Of a stretch of 64,000 bases of DNA, positions 24,201-37,013 are shown in pieces. Position numbers and translations under genes: made by a program. Source of the stretch: Lingula anatina (Eukaryota > Animalia > Brachiopoda). Numbering within the stretch: the stretch's first letter is position 1; the number at the start of each line of letters is the position of its first letter. The stretch lies in assembly GCA_051362555.1 (NCBI GenBank), contig CM120641.1, positions 3,968,001-4,032,000 of the forward strand, read 5' to 3'. Under the pieces are notes generated by a model. It was not told the origin of the DNA. It saw nothing but the letters and a program-made list of their open reading frames with translations, and did no database searches.

Positions 24201-25637
24201 CGGTGATCAATCCAAGCTCAATCTTGGCAAGTATCGTTTACAAAATAGATCATGTTGAATAAACTTAATTACGCTTTAATAAATAATCAACACATGGTTC
24301 GGTTATTGTCACTTGAAAGCTTTCGATCAAAGACGTTCAATGAAATCACAAATCATTTGACGATTAAAAAATGGACATGTTCAAGGGGCAGTTTTTGTTT
24401 CATATAAAGGGACTTCAGGTTCAGGTAGAGGGTGCAGTTACGTGTGTCATCGGATGATAGCATCACGCCCTAGGTCTAAGCGAGTTGAATAGAAGCTTTT
24501 TATCCAAACATCCTATTCCTAACTACTGAGTTAGGACAAAGGTCTAGTAACATGCACTGTTCAATTTCTATTAATGGATCAGACGCATACTTGATTGTTT
24601 TTCCTCTGGTGTCGCACGTATGCATCCTTTCTTGAGTGATCTAAAACAAGTCGCTAGTGTACCATGTTTCTCACTGTAGCAAAATACGTTCGACATGGTG
24701 TTTCTGAACGGCAGCCGGAGACACAGTAATTGTATAGGCATGCTTTAAGCTTGTTCGAGAGACAATAACAGTCGGGTTTAACAATAGATAGCGACCATAG
24801 TAAGACCCCCTCCTATTTAACTGATGATTTACACTTTTAATTGACCGTACTTTCGTATATTGTATGATCATACAGCCAGACTTCCCCCTGTTGCACGTTG
24901 TAGTTGGATCGTCATTGCGCCTATGTCAATGCACCTCATTTAATTTCAATATTATAATATAAGCATAATATAAGTAATATGTTATTTCCTTATTCCTCTT
25001 TCATTATCATTCATGTTTTATAAATACTTGAACGCTTGAATGCAGATATTTCAAATTAAAACGTAAGTACATAAATAAATTATACATTTATAAATTAATG
25101 CAATAGGAATTTTTTGAGACAGATTGATGCTGACGCTCATGCATTTCAACCAAACAAACAATAATTAGTTCAATTTTTGACTGCGGAAATTTCATATAGG
25201 ATGAAATAACTGATAACAAATTTAACTAGCAGTTTGTTAGCAACACTAAAAACCAGCTGCGCGTGCCAAACTAGTGAACAAAAGGACAGTTCGCTTCGCG
25301 TGGCACGCCTTAGCATGGGTTTAGCCTCTTCAAGCTATAATCCTATCGCCGCAACAAACAATAGGGACCTGGCTGATGTATCCTGCTGTTAATTACACCT
25401 AGTTACAGCGGATTGTCACGCTCGCGCTGGGCCACAGAAACCGGCGTCATGGGGTTCACACGTATTAAGTATTGTGTTATTCCACCTAAGCTATTGTGTT
25501 TGTGCGTTCGAATTTTGAAGGGATTTATACGGCCCTCCATTGTTTGTCCGCCCCCTTCTATTCACAAGATAGGGATTAAAACATTTCGAACGTGGTTACA
25601 CCGGTGTACAACGGAAACAAAATTATTCCGACCACTG
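21264..25637. mobile_element. 4374-bp TA-flanked insertion with imperfect TIRs and diverged long subterminal inverted repeats
   Basis: The empty site in E is GTTGAC-TA-TAACATTCCAG. Here the sequence is TA|CCGTACTCGGATTAA ... TTATTCCGACCACTG|TA. GCGAACTATCCTTTTGTTCA (~21474) is inverse to TGAACAAAAGGACAGTTCGC (~25275). Confidence 0.85.
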
Positions 25638-25650
25638 TATAACATTCCAG

Positions 25651-26238
25651 GCACAGTGCTTTGCTTCAGAAAATATGGAACAAGACCAGTGTTTTTCGCC
25701 TGTAGTTGGTGTCTTCAATGGTTATTATGACTTAAAGCTATTGATTGTCCCCCAAAATGAGCAGTGCGTTCCTGATTGGATTGACTGTAAGTCAATAGCG
25801 GACAAAGCGTTACCTTATAGTTTTTCCTATTACAAGCAGAATGAATGGGAATTTTTGAAACAGAAGATAACATGCACTGCCATGACAGTTGATGCGAACG
25901 ACACGAGTGGCAAGACCTTCGCGAGAGCAGCATCTGTCTACAATATCCCAGTGGCTTTAAAAAGAAAAACCAACAGATACGGTCAGAGCATAACCTTCTT
26001 TGAATCTTTGCAAGATGAAGTTGTTAAGCATCTCCAACGAAAGAGTGTGATTAGTCATAACGGGACAGATTACAAAGTAAGCCTCATCCGGGAAAAGCGG
26101 CAACTTTGTGAAGACATAGAACGCGAGACAGAGGCTAATACGATGCCGCCGCATTCCTTTGGAACTGACCAACATGTCCCTTGGTTTGTTATTGTGAAAT
26201 GTTCCAGTGGCGCCCTGATGTACTTTTTGCTATCTTAA
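25651..26238 (+). pseudogene. Copy B exon 3
   Basis: TTCCAG|GCA acceptor at 25650/25651 and an open frame homologous to E exon 3. A 4.4-kb insertion lies 11 nt upstream of the exon start, and there is an I>K change in the hydrophobic tail. Confidence 0.7.
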
Positions 26239-26827
26239 TGAAAAGACATTCTCTTAAGGTAGTGCAACAACGTCACGCACTGGCAGCTTGTGCTGGCAAT
26301 CTAGCAATTCACGGAAGTTGACGGCTAAAATTGCTTCACAAAATTCCCGTAGTGTATGAATCCAAAGTTCAAACCACCAGCAATAAACTAACTTGGCTAC
26401 CTATCATTTTTAAATCTCAATGTGAATGCAAAAATCTCAACTATGCTTGTAAAAAATGAATTTTTATCTATCAGATAGAAAGATAAGGACATTACCTTAA
26501 ACGTTCAAACAGAAACCATGTCATATTTCTTAGTGTGATTTTATAACCAAAGTTGCATCTCTCTGCGGTGGTAGAATATGTATGAAAATGAGTTTATGAG
26601 TTTTGACAAGCCTACTAAACGATATTGTCGTGTGTTACTTGGATCCGCGAATAAGTGATTCCTATCGCCGTATTAATGACTTAAACCTCGATTTCATGTT
26701 CTTATTGTGCAAATACTAACTGCAGGCATCACATCATAGACTGTGAATAATTTGTGCAGTGTATTTGTGGGATTTGGGGCGACTTTCAATCGAGGTCCTT
26801 TTCTTGACCACAAGGTACTTTCTAAAT

Positions 26828-27330
26828 GGGAGGCTCCCGCACTGTTCCCTACTAGTTCACGCATAGTTCACGACGAGTTCACGACGAGCTAACGAATAGT
26901 TTACGAATGCGTGTCCACATTGACACAAACTGGCCTTACAAGTTCACGCATAGTTTGCGCATAATTTACGCAATTCCCGCATTGACACGACGAGTTTGCG
27001 CAATTCGGACGGTGTCGTGCCAACTTGAGCACGCAATATACGTGAGCTGTTCGTGAACTTTTCGTGGCAGTTCGTAACAGTCGTGGCATGGCGCGCACTG
27101 CCACGCACTGGCACGCATCCTCCCGCATCGTCCCGACGAGTTCACGACATGTTCACGAACAGTTTGCGCATAGTTCACGACCCGGTCGCGAAATTTTGTC
27201 GAGACCAAAATTCTGAACATTTCAAAATTCTCGTCCCGACATGTCACGCAGTCGAGACGGGTTTACGCACACTTCACGCCAGTTTACGACTACTTTGCGC
27301 GCCACAGAATCGTGCAAGTGTCAGCCTTGC
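26828..27330. mobile_element. PIF/Harbinger-like MITE with GTTCACG subrepeats, right TIR retained
   Basis: Ends TCGTGCAAGTGTCAGCCTTGC|TAT. The paralogous copy at 62640 starts TAT|GCAAGGCTGACACTTGCACGA. Confidence 0.7.
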
Positions 27331-29299
27331 TATAGCCTTTGGAGATTCTAAGGCGAAAAAAAGTAACATTTGATCCTCTTTTTCATTGATAACGAAAAAG
27401 ATTCTCTTGTTAAACTAATTTTTTCATTAAATTTGAACAAAAACCTTCAAATGTTTTTTTTATTATTATAATTTTGTGTTTTTGCGATTCCTACTGCATG
27501 TTAATACGGAGTAGGCCATATGCGCTCTAGGTAATCTATGGCAAACACGGAACGTTAAGTGCAGGTGATAATTGAACTTGAATACAAGTAATGTGCTAAC
27601 TCGGCCTCCTTGAGTAGCCATTGTTACCGTGTAGCTTGCAAAGTCTGTATTATACACGACACAAGGCCACGATAAAAAAACACCCTTCCATTTTGTCGTG
27701 TGCAAACGGGGCAATTTGCGTGGTGACAGATATCGTTAACTTGATAGTCATTTAAAACCAAAGCTTTACATTAAAAAACGAAATAAAACACAGAACCCTA
27801 GTGCAGGGACGGGTCATGCAATATTTTTTAGTGGTAAAAATCTGCTCTTTTCCCCAGGAAAATTCAGTTTGGCGGGAAAACACCGTGGAGCGACCCTTCG
27901 GGAATGTCCCTGGCGACAGGGAGCATAATTCAACAGTTACACTAAGGCTCTTCTCGTACATTGTGTTCTTATTTGGATAGATAATAATTTAAATAATTTG
28001 CCAGTTGATCACGGCCTCAATTTATATCTTATGTGATATAAAGCGTCACTCAAAACAAATGAGCAACAGCATATCCGTTAGTCGTTTTGCTCACAGTGAA
28101 AAAAACAGAGCATTTCAGATATGTGTATTCGTATAAGTCTTGGTAAAACAGGGAGAAAACATCAAAACATAAAAAACTACAAAACTCCATCCGTGTAAAA
28201 CAAGCTGGCTGATTTTATGACCTCACAGGCCTTATAATACGCAATAAACAACTCCTACGGAACTAGACCTTATCAAAATGTTAACCTGAGATGGATTGAG
28301 TTCAAGTAAAAAACTTAAACTTATCAACTCTTTACATCTGTGCACGATAGAGTCTTATTTCAAAATCCAATAGTACACCGTTGATCAAAATGATTGCTAC
28401 ACCTAATGAAATATATGTATTTTGTTACAATTTTCATCTTTTCTTTATTGTTCACTTGTATCATTGTAGATGCAAAAAGTTAAATCACTAGGCATGTAAA
28501 AGAAACAAACCCCAAAAAACGGTTATACTGCACATTTCCTGGTGATTAAATGTTTTTATAGCGGTTAGTTGATAGCAATTTAGTGAGACTCCCCAGGGAG
28601 TTAGATCGATCCAGATGGATCTATCTAGGCATGGGAACCCAGTGTTAATCACGGGAATACAAGCAATACAGAGAGTTAAAATAGGCCTTGTTATGGTGAC
28701 AGTCTATGGGGTGCATATCAAATTCCTTGAAACCTTGTCTCTTTTAATCATTCTATACAGAATTATGATAAATATGAAGGCTACTTTTAAAGAAGTTAAT
28801 AATTTTTCTTATCCCGGTGCTGCTAGAATTTACATCTTTGCTTAATTTCATTTCATGTGGGGTTTAGGGTTCTCTCTACCTTATCCTTCGTATTTGTGGT
28901 TTTCCTTTATTGAGACCTTGTGCCTGTAATGAAGATCATAACAAGTGACAGAAAACTTATTTGAGATAAAAATAAACCCCCAAACCCCAGAACACGCAAT
29001 GGATCAACTCCTACGGAGCTAGAGCTGATTAAAAAAGACTTAGTTCAAATAAAATTTCCTCAAACTTAGCACCTCTTTAGTCTGTGCACGACAGAGTCTT
29101 ATTTTAAAACCCGATATTATGACAAGTCTGAAAATGTGAAATTCATGACATTTAAGCTTATGTGTTTGATAGCATTTCGGCAAGTTTCCGGATAATTACT
29201 TTGAGGCAATGCTCGATCACCCAGCCTAGAACTTTGAATGCAATTTTAAAGAAATTTGATTAATACATAGACTGAAACAGAAGAAACTATCAAATACTA

Positions 29300-30356
29300 C
29301 AGAGGGGTGACAAAAGTATTGCACCATCTGTTGATTAGTAAGCTATATGAGATGGGGGACCTGTTTGTCAAGAGGGATTCCATTACTCCTCTATATAGTG
29401 ACGAATTTTCCTCCATATGCGCTATTAAGGTTATTTATCGAAGGTGAAACGCCCTTTGGCTGTCAAGCCACCAGAAATGGTGTGTCTGGACAGCCTGTTT
29501 ATAGGGTTTACAGAAGGATGGACGGCACTGGTGTTGCCCATAAGTCAACAAAAAGTCCGAAGACAACTAGTGCCAGAGACGACAAGTGTCTTTTGAGGTA
29601 TGTTTAGCTATTTAGCGTGAGCCCCCAGGGAGTTAGGTCGATCTAAAGTAGTTCGATGTAATCTCTGGAAATGGGGTCTAAGGAAAACATAATCCACCTC
29701 TTATCTGCCAAAGAATATGCATTTTTCTCGCTAGGCAGTCCACTTTAATTGTGGTTTGGGGTGCATTGGTTTCAGAAGAATTGGTGAACTGAGGTTAATG
29801 CATTAAAACCTGAACCACGAGCCTTACATTGAAAAACATCTTCAGGGACAGGAATCATCCGTTCATTTTCGAAGATTATAACGCTACATCTTACAGGACC
29901 TGGGCTAAACAAGAGAGACTTTACCAACTTGGCCACAACAGAATGGATTGACCTGCCTAATCACCACACGCAAGCCTTATTGAAACAGAGATCAGATATC
30001 GAGGGGCAAAGGATCGCCCCTTTACCAGAAACGCTCCAACCCCTAATAGTTTTTTACGACCTTGGCCAACATAGCCTAGGAAGATCACTAAACCGTTTTC
30101 AGGCAACTCCCAGTTGTATGGTGGCCATATTAAGATCACGTGGGCATAATACAGAGTATTAATACTGGCATAATAACATGTATTATGTAAGGGCAAATCA
30201 CTGGTCAATGAGCCTGTGGTAAAGGTACTAACTTGACAGAACCAGTTTTCAAAAAAAATAATAGTAATGAAATAATAATAATAATTGAAAAGCCTAACAA
30301 GTCAAGCTGTTGTTTACATTTCAGCAAAATGGTGCAATACTTTTGTCACCACTCTG
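29300..30356 (+). mobile_element. Tc1-like element (1057 bp) with a decayed transposase, just upstream of copy C
   Basis: TA|CAGAGGGGTGACAAAAGTATTGCACCAT ... ATGGTGCAATACTTTTGTCACCACTCTG|TA. Internal fragments PKTTSARDDK, IVVWG and FIFEDYNA. Confidence 0.85.
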
Positions 30357-30502
30357 TACATTTGCCAATACCATAAGCACCAATCAAACAGAGATAACGC
30401 CTATTTTAATCTGGAGTATATAAAAACCATTGAAATAGTCTCGCTAGCATTTTAATTGTATTCGTTTTGTTTACAGACGCATCGGCGCAAAACTCAATCA
30501 AA

Positions 30503-31742
30503 ATGTCTGCGTTACCTCTATTATTTCTTTTGGTATTGGGATCAATCTGTTGTTGTCAACATTCCATACCGAATTTCCTTCAAAACTACATATTTGAAGG
30601 CACAACAACTTCTTCCAACAGATTTTTACAAAATCGAGTGAACTACAGTCCGGCTAAGTCGACTCCAGCTGGAAGTATTGGAGCAAAACGGACAAAAGAC
30701 CAATCACGGGAAAAGGACTTGCTTAGAAAACCAACTCAAACTATACCAAAACCTTCGTTTTCCAGACAACGTAGAAATGCACTTGAAATTGAAGTAACAT
30801 CAGGCAACAGAAGTGGACTCACGGAGAGAATAACGACCCTTCAAACCAACACAGAACCAAGTCCACTTTCAAGTACCGAGACTACACACAACACCACACC
30901 CTTGGCACAGATTTGGAACAGATCACAGTTTCCTGCAAACGAAAATTTTTGCATGGTGGCCAAGGGAAAAATTTCACAACAACATATAACGTGTTACTGT
31001 GACGCATTCTGTTATCTGTTTGACGATTGCTGTCTGCCGTATCTGTCTTGCAACGAAATCCCCGCTGGGCATAATGCGACCACGACCACAGCATTTAATG
31101 TTACAACAAACCAAGTTGAATGCAGATCTCAGAGTACAAAAAGAAACCTACTTAAGAGGTCCATCCTTAAAAGCCAATTAGCTGGTTACCGATTTTTCTG
31201 GATGGTCTCATCTTGCTCGAGTGAAACAAACAGCTCACCCCTCCGTCAAAAATGCGAGTTTTCGGGGTTCACAACTGAACTTGACCTTCTCAGGCCTGTG
31301 TCGGATCCTGTAACACAACTTGCTTTTAAAAACAAATACTGTGCCGCTTGCAACAATGTAGTTGACCCTTCAGTATGGGAGACGATGTTTAAGTGCGGGC
31401 CTATTACTTCAAGCGTTTACGAGATAGTTATCAACATAACTTCATTGAAGGATCTTCTTGAACGTATTGAGTCTCACGATGCATGTTCACTTTATTTTAA
31501 ACCACCAGAAGAAATCCCAGGAAGACCGTGCGAATCTGAAGGTCTTGGCCATTATACGGGAACTCGGTGGTTTAGCTCCTGTAGTGCACGAAACATTTTC
31601 CTTCAGGAACGGTGCCAAAACGCTCCGTTTACACTGCTACGATATATTACAGATGTTGGAGACTTTCTTTTCAGAAATGTTTTCTGTTGGCTGTGCCGCC
31701 TCAGTTTTTTTCCAGACACTTTCACAGATTGTTCAGAGTTGG
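30503..31742 (+). CDS. Copy C coding exon 1; gene join(30503..31742,32701..32798,33024..33611), ~641 aa; most divergent full copy
   Basis: ATG of MSALPLLFLLVLG, a TTTACAG acceptor at 30476 upstream of the ATG, donor G|GTAGGT at 31742/31743, and the same Cys framework as the other copies. Confidence 0.85.
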
Positions 31743-31782
31743 GTAGGTCCATCGTTTGTTGTGATCTTGAAGTTAACTTTAA

Positions 31783-32456
31783 GTTACTGACAGGGTTTAT
31801 GATAATACAGTTTCGAAAATGATTTTACAACTAATTACTCAATTATGCATCTACAAAAAATACCCTCGAAAATATAATATATCGGCGTTTATATTTCTCG
31901 TTCCAAAGAAGGAACATAAGCACCTCGGAGCGTTTATCGTCAGTTTTGAGTTTTCAGTTTTTAGGTGAGATTGCAATCCGTACGAGGCGGAACTTCATCC
32001 CTGAACAAGATCTTATCACTAATATTGGCATAGGTGACGACAAGTATATGGGCTTCAAACCTGTCCCATCATTCTGGTTTAAATGTTTTTGTCATGGACT
32101 ATGAGCCCCTAATTACAATTATTTAATGAAGAAAGGCATTATTTTGCCTGTTTGGCTATAAATTTTGAACTAAGGTATTTAAGAGAAATCGCTGGCATGG
32201 TTTTGAAGTACCCAATGATGTCATTAAATTGGTGTCAAAGCGGTACTCGTGGGTGCTCATGTAAAGGAAGAAATTTAAGAAGCCGATTTTGCAATTTGTA
32301 CTCCAAAATCGCGATTATGAGGTCATTGATAAAATGACATTTGTATAAATGCAAAGTTATTTTGTTGGCGAGTCTCAAGATTCGTGTGTTATCCAAAACA
32401 CGAATGTTAAGACAGTAATTAAATTAGGAGTTTGTGTCAAACCCTGTCCGTAACCT
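31783..32456. mobile_element. Kolobok-like non-autonomous element in intron 1 of C (related fragment ~4130-4420)
   Basis: TTAA|GTTACTGACAGGGTTT ... AAACCCTGTCCGTAACCTTTA. It accounts for the 958-bp intron versus ~214-250 bp in paralogs. Confidence 0.65.
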
Positions 32457-32700
32457 TTATAATGCTGGTTATTCATTTGTATTTTTAATTGGTCTTCGGC
32501 TGTTTAGAGATCCTTTTATTTTTCTTTAATTTTCTTTATTTATGTCAAAAACAAACACAAGTTATACAAGGTATATGACATACCATCAATATTTGATTCA
32601 CACTGCTATAATTTAAAAACTAATTTTCAATTAAGATAGAAACATATATTTTGGTTTACAAGAGTCGAAATGTGCTTTTCCTTTTTGACAAAAACTTCAG

Positions 32701-32798
32701 GTGATCTAGTCCCTATTAGCGGGTTCGACCCTCTCGGATTGGGAGTACTTATTGATGTGGCACACGAAAAGGACTGGTGTCAGCCACAAATAGGCACA
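32701..32798 (+). CDS. Copy C coding exon 2 (98 bp)
   Basis: CTTCAG and GTAAGT boundaries; reads (G)DLVPISGFDPLGLGVLIDVAHEKDWCQPQIGT. Confidence 0.85.
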
Positions 32799-33023
32799 GT
32801 AAGTAACTGTATATTACATTTTTTTTTTGTCTTTTTCTGACACTTGTTTGCTAGGGGAGTATAATATTCTTTCACTTTCACTTTCTACAGTAAATTAAAG
32901 CTTTACCTTACATAGCTTAAAATATTATCAACAGACCACACAGATTAACTTTCATCAGAATAGTAAGTTTTTGTCTTCATATTTTCAGCACATAGAGTTT
33001 ATAAGTAGACTGTAACATTCCAG

Positions 33024-33611
33024 GCACAGTGCTTTGCTTCAGAAAATATGGAACAAGACCAGTGTTTTTCGCCTGTAGTTGGTGTCTTCAATGGTTATTT
33101 CGACTTGAAGCTATTGATTGTCCCCCAGAATGAGCAGTGCGTTCTTGATTGGACTGACTGTAAGTCAATAGCGGATCAAGTATTACCCTATAGTCTTTAC
33201 TTTTCCAAACGGGATGAATGGGTATTTTTGAAAGAGAAGGTAACATGCTCTGCTATGTCAGCTGATACGAACGTCACGAGTGCCAAGACCTTTGAAGGAG
33301 CAGCATATGTCTACAATATCCCAGTTGCTTTAAAAAGAAAAACCAACAGATACAATCAGAGCATAACCTTCTTTGAATCTTTGCAAGATGAAGTTGTTAA
33401 GCATCTCCAACGAAAGAGTGTGATTAGTCAAAACGGGGTAAATTACAAAGTAAGCCTCATCCGGGAAGAGCGGCAAATTTGTGAAAACATTGAACGTGAG
33501 ACAGAGGCTAATACGATGCCGCCGCATTCCTTTGCAACTGGCCAACGTGTCCCTTGGTTTGTTATTGTGATATGTTCCAGTGGCGCCCTGATGTACTTTT
33601 TGCTATCTTAA
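33024..33611 (+). CDS. Copy C coding exon 3
   Basis: TTCCAG|GCA acceptor; open frame to TAA; hydrophobic tail. Confidence 0.85.
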   Translation, partial: AQCFASENMEQDQCFSPVVGVFNGYFDLKLLIVPQNEQCVLDWTDCKSIADQVLPYSLYFSKRDEWVFLKEKVTCSAMSADTNVTSAKTFEGAAYVYNIPVALKRKTNRYNQSITFFESLQDEVVKHLQRKSVISQNGVNYKVSLIREERQICENIERETEANTMPPHSFATGQRVPWFVIVICSSGALMYFLLS

Positions 33612-36040
33612 TGATTTTTGTGTGGTTGAAGGACATTTTTTAAAAAATATAAATGATTTGAGTTTGTGTCAGTACCAGTATAGTGTTTAGCCATTGTAGT
33701 TGCATTAATGATGAGAATTGGCTATCTCACGCTGAAGCACAAAATGACAAGCAATGATAAATGATCTTAAAATATTACAATTAATTTAAATAAATAATAA
33801 TAGCATCAAAAAACGGATCTTGATTCACTTCATTTCTGACCACCTTCTATGATGTCTAATCTAAAATTTACAAGTAGACACAGTAGTCAACTGGGGCATT
33901 TGTCAAAAACCGTTTGACACCCACCTTTCGCTTTTTAACCACGTATGTCGTACGCGCACGAGTCAGGGGAGGCTAAGAGACCATGCCCTTTTCTTTAAGA
34001 AAAATATAGTTAAGTAAGTCATTAAATCGCCAAGGACCGAGACCTCCTTCAACCAATGTCGAGCTTCGAGGCGCGCGTGCACACATGTAATATGTAGCTG
34101 GTTTTGGTCACGTTTGTGATCTCAAGCTGTGGGTTTGTGATCGCGAACCCCGAATTTACCACTCAACCGCCGATTTCATAGAGCAAACTTAGAAATACAT
34201 TTCGCTAGTATCTAAATGTACATGTAAATTGCGAACATTCCACGTGTCGGTGCGCGCCACTCCCGTACTAATTGCGTACTTGCTAATTTTGCAATATAAA
34301 ATAATAAAATAACAGTGAGGAGCGTCGCGTGATAATTCTGTCGTCTCACACTGGATGTCTCAATTTTATAAAGCTTACTTCCAAGAAAGGCAACAAATAT
34401 ACATGATATTACTTTCAGTTTTTGCAAAAGAAAAAAATCATATCTTGGGAAATGTCTTGACCCATGGGTCTTAATATCAGCAACTGAACTACTCATAAAT
34501 GATCAGGCGCGGTTAATCAAAAAGAAAATCAGGAAACGTCAATGCTTAATTATGTACTTCATTACAGATTTTTTGTCAGAAGAGAAATTCTTTGTGTGAA
34601 GTGTGATCTCTCTTCATCACGGGAATACAAGCAGTGCAGAGTTACGTGAAGTTATGGAGACAGCGCATAACATATTGAATTATCTTCGAATTTCCCATTG
34701 AAATAGTATATAATAATAATTTGAGTAGGTTGAGTTATTAATTCATTGAAATCCTGTCTCTTTAAATGATTCCATACAGAATAATGACAAATATGAAAAC
34801 AATATTCTATATAAAATATGTATAAAGTCTTTCTGAAGAAAAAAGAAAAGTTCTAAGTATTTCACCTTTCAATAAGGAAAAAGGATAAATCTACACCAAA
34901 GCCAACCTGCTCCACGATTCTAAAGGTAAAAATAATCAAAAAATTAGATTGTTCTAACATATTAGGATCAATTCAAAGCATGACAACATACATGCAACTA
35001 AGTAGCAGCAAAGAGGTAATGCTTAAGTAAACAATTTTTAAACCGAAAACTTAAATGAAATTAAAAACAGTTCAAGCAAATGGATTATTAATACCGTTAT
35101 TTCGTGTAATTAAATTAGCGGAATTGGTTTTGGATGATAAATTCCATTTCAAGTTTGCAATTCTATTCCTAATAATTAATTACCTTGAAATTGAGCTCAC
35201 TTTCTTAAAAGAACAGAAAACTTTCACATACTTGTATTTGTGAACAAAATGCAAAGAGTATTATCATGCCAAATGAATTTCTATGAAGTCTCTGCCATTC
35301 TCCTGAATTTTGAACTGCTATAACATAGGGTGGCTCATCAAAGAGACAAGTTTCAGTATTGAATTGATTGATATATATTTAATGATAACTATCAAACCTT
35401 GGTTATTTACTTGTTACAAAACTAACGCCACCAGAAAGAAGCTCCTTTCTATACCCCTTAGTGTTAGAAGCAATCTCTGGGGATTACAATTAAATTAATA
35501 AGAAAATGGTTTGTAAGTTTTATGCCCCAGAAAACCTAGCATTTTAATTTGTTTTAAATACTCATAATTGTTTTTAGCTAACTTTACACAAATGGAAAGA
35601 CTTGGTAGCTTCTCTTGAAACAATTAAATTACAATTCTCTTAAGTTTGCATCCTCCTGCGAGAAAAATTTTGATCTTAGAAATTACTAGGAATGATTATA
35701 CCACTTGCAGAAAGTCATGCCTCTGATTCGACAGTTATCATGAACAGTTACAACTGCGTCTCGATAATTACTCAAAATGGCCTTGTAAAGCTTCGCGTCG
35801 GGGCGCTGTCCTGTTTCGTATGATTTGGTACCATTTTTAGAACCATCAGGAATTAATTTGGTACCATCAGGAATTAATAACTTTCTGGACATATTATAGT
35901 TTCCTTCCGACCCAGGCATCAGACAAACAGTCCCCGTTTGCACAAGGCGTGACAAGAATGACAAAAAGTCGTTTTAAGCAGATACCCCACCACCCTACCT
36001 AGAGCATTGTATAGACAGAAGTGGACAATGCTGTAAACTA

Positions 36041-36107
36041 AAAAGATCCTGTCGCATTTGAAGCATTAATTGGTGTGTCGCACGAAAGGCACAGTAAGTA
36101 TCTGACC
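36041..36107 (+). pseudogene. Orphan, internally deleted relic of exon 2
   Basis: AAAAGATC...TAATTGGTGTGTCGCACGAAAGGCACA|GTAAGTATCTGACC matches exon 2 and its donor. Confidence 0.65.
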
Positions 36108-36591
36108 AAATTATTATAAAACTGTTGTGTGCAAGGCTTAATACATGTGGAGAAAAATATTTTGTACGCGGTCCAAGTTGGTTCTTAATGCATGTATCGG
36201 CGACAGACCGGAATGTGTGTGTGTGGGTGTGGTGGGGGTGTGGGGAGGTCTACCCACCTGTTTGTAAATTACCCTATCACCTTAACAGTGAACTCCGTAA
36301 ATTGGTCACACTCGGTTGTAGTTGGTGGTGTAAATTTAACTCCTTCAACGACACATTTAGCATACTAGCCAACAAGATGATGCATTGCGTGATGCATCCC
36401 GTGGAAAACAGGTAAAGACACCTCACGATGTTAGAAAACACTGTGCGTGTAAAACAAGGTGGCAGCTGTTAAAACGTTTCTTGGGTCAAGACCTTTCTCG
36501 TCTTTACAGGATAACTGATAATATAAGTAATAATGATGAGTGTCACGCAATTACATGTACAGTTGTACCTGTAGTATGTCATTTTATGCCG

Positions 36592-37013
36592 AACTAGAAA
36601 GGAACAATTTCCTATCAATTATTTATTCATTCACTAATCACTGATATATTCTAATAAGTAATAAATTAAGCAAATAATTAATATTTAAAAAGCTATATAG
36701 CTATATCAGTCATTTATTTACTTACCAACTAATCACTATCAAAATCAAACCCACTCTGACCTATCTTCAAAATTTCATTGAAATTCATCAAAACATTTTT
36801 GCATTATGTTACTAACAGAAGTTTGAAACAAGCATTACTAATTAACTTATTATTCAATTGATATTCACCGAAATGGTGTCATTTATTACTTGTCCCTCCA
36901 GACATTTCCCGAAAATTTTCAGCAAAATCAATTCACAACTTTTTGAAAAATGTCCTTAACAGACAAACAAATAAACGGAACCAAAAACACTACATACTTG
37001 TCGGAGGTAATAA
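36592..37013 (-). mobile_element. Non-autonomous Helentron (HINE/DINE-like) element
   Basis: AACTAGAAAGG start; ends ACAGACAAACAAATAAACGG...ACTTGTCGGAGGTAATAA, a typical terminus of this class. Confidence 0.55.

Larger units (their letters stand above)
7759..28272 (+). repeat. Segmental duplicate, copy 1 (genes A+B and spacers); the partner is 40850-63567
   Basis: Collinear high similarity from GTATACATAAAACACAAGCG (7759 vs 40850) to GAACTAGACCTTA (~28272 vs 63567), interrupted by copy-specific insertions and deletions. Confidence 0.85.

Noticed and set aside
26901-27373. Overlapping ORFs on both strands
   Set aside because: They arise from GC-richer GTTCACG subrepeats of a MITE.
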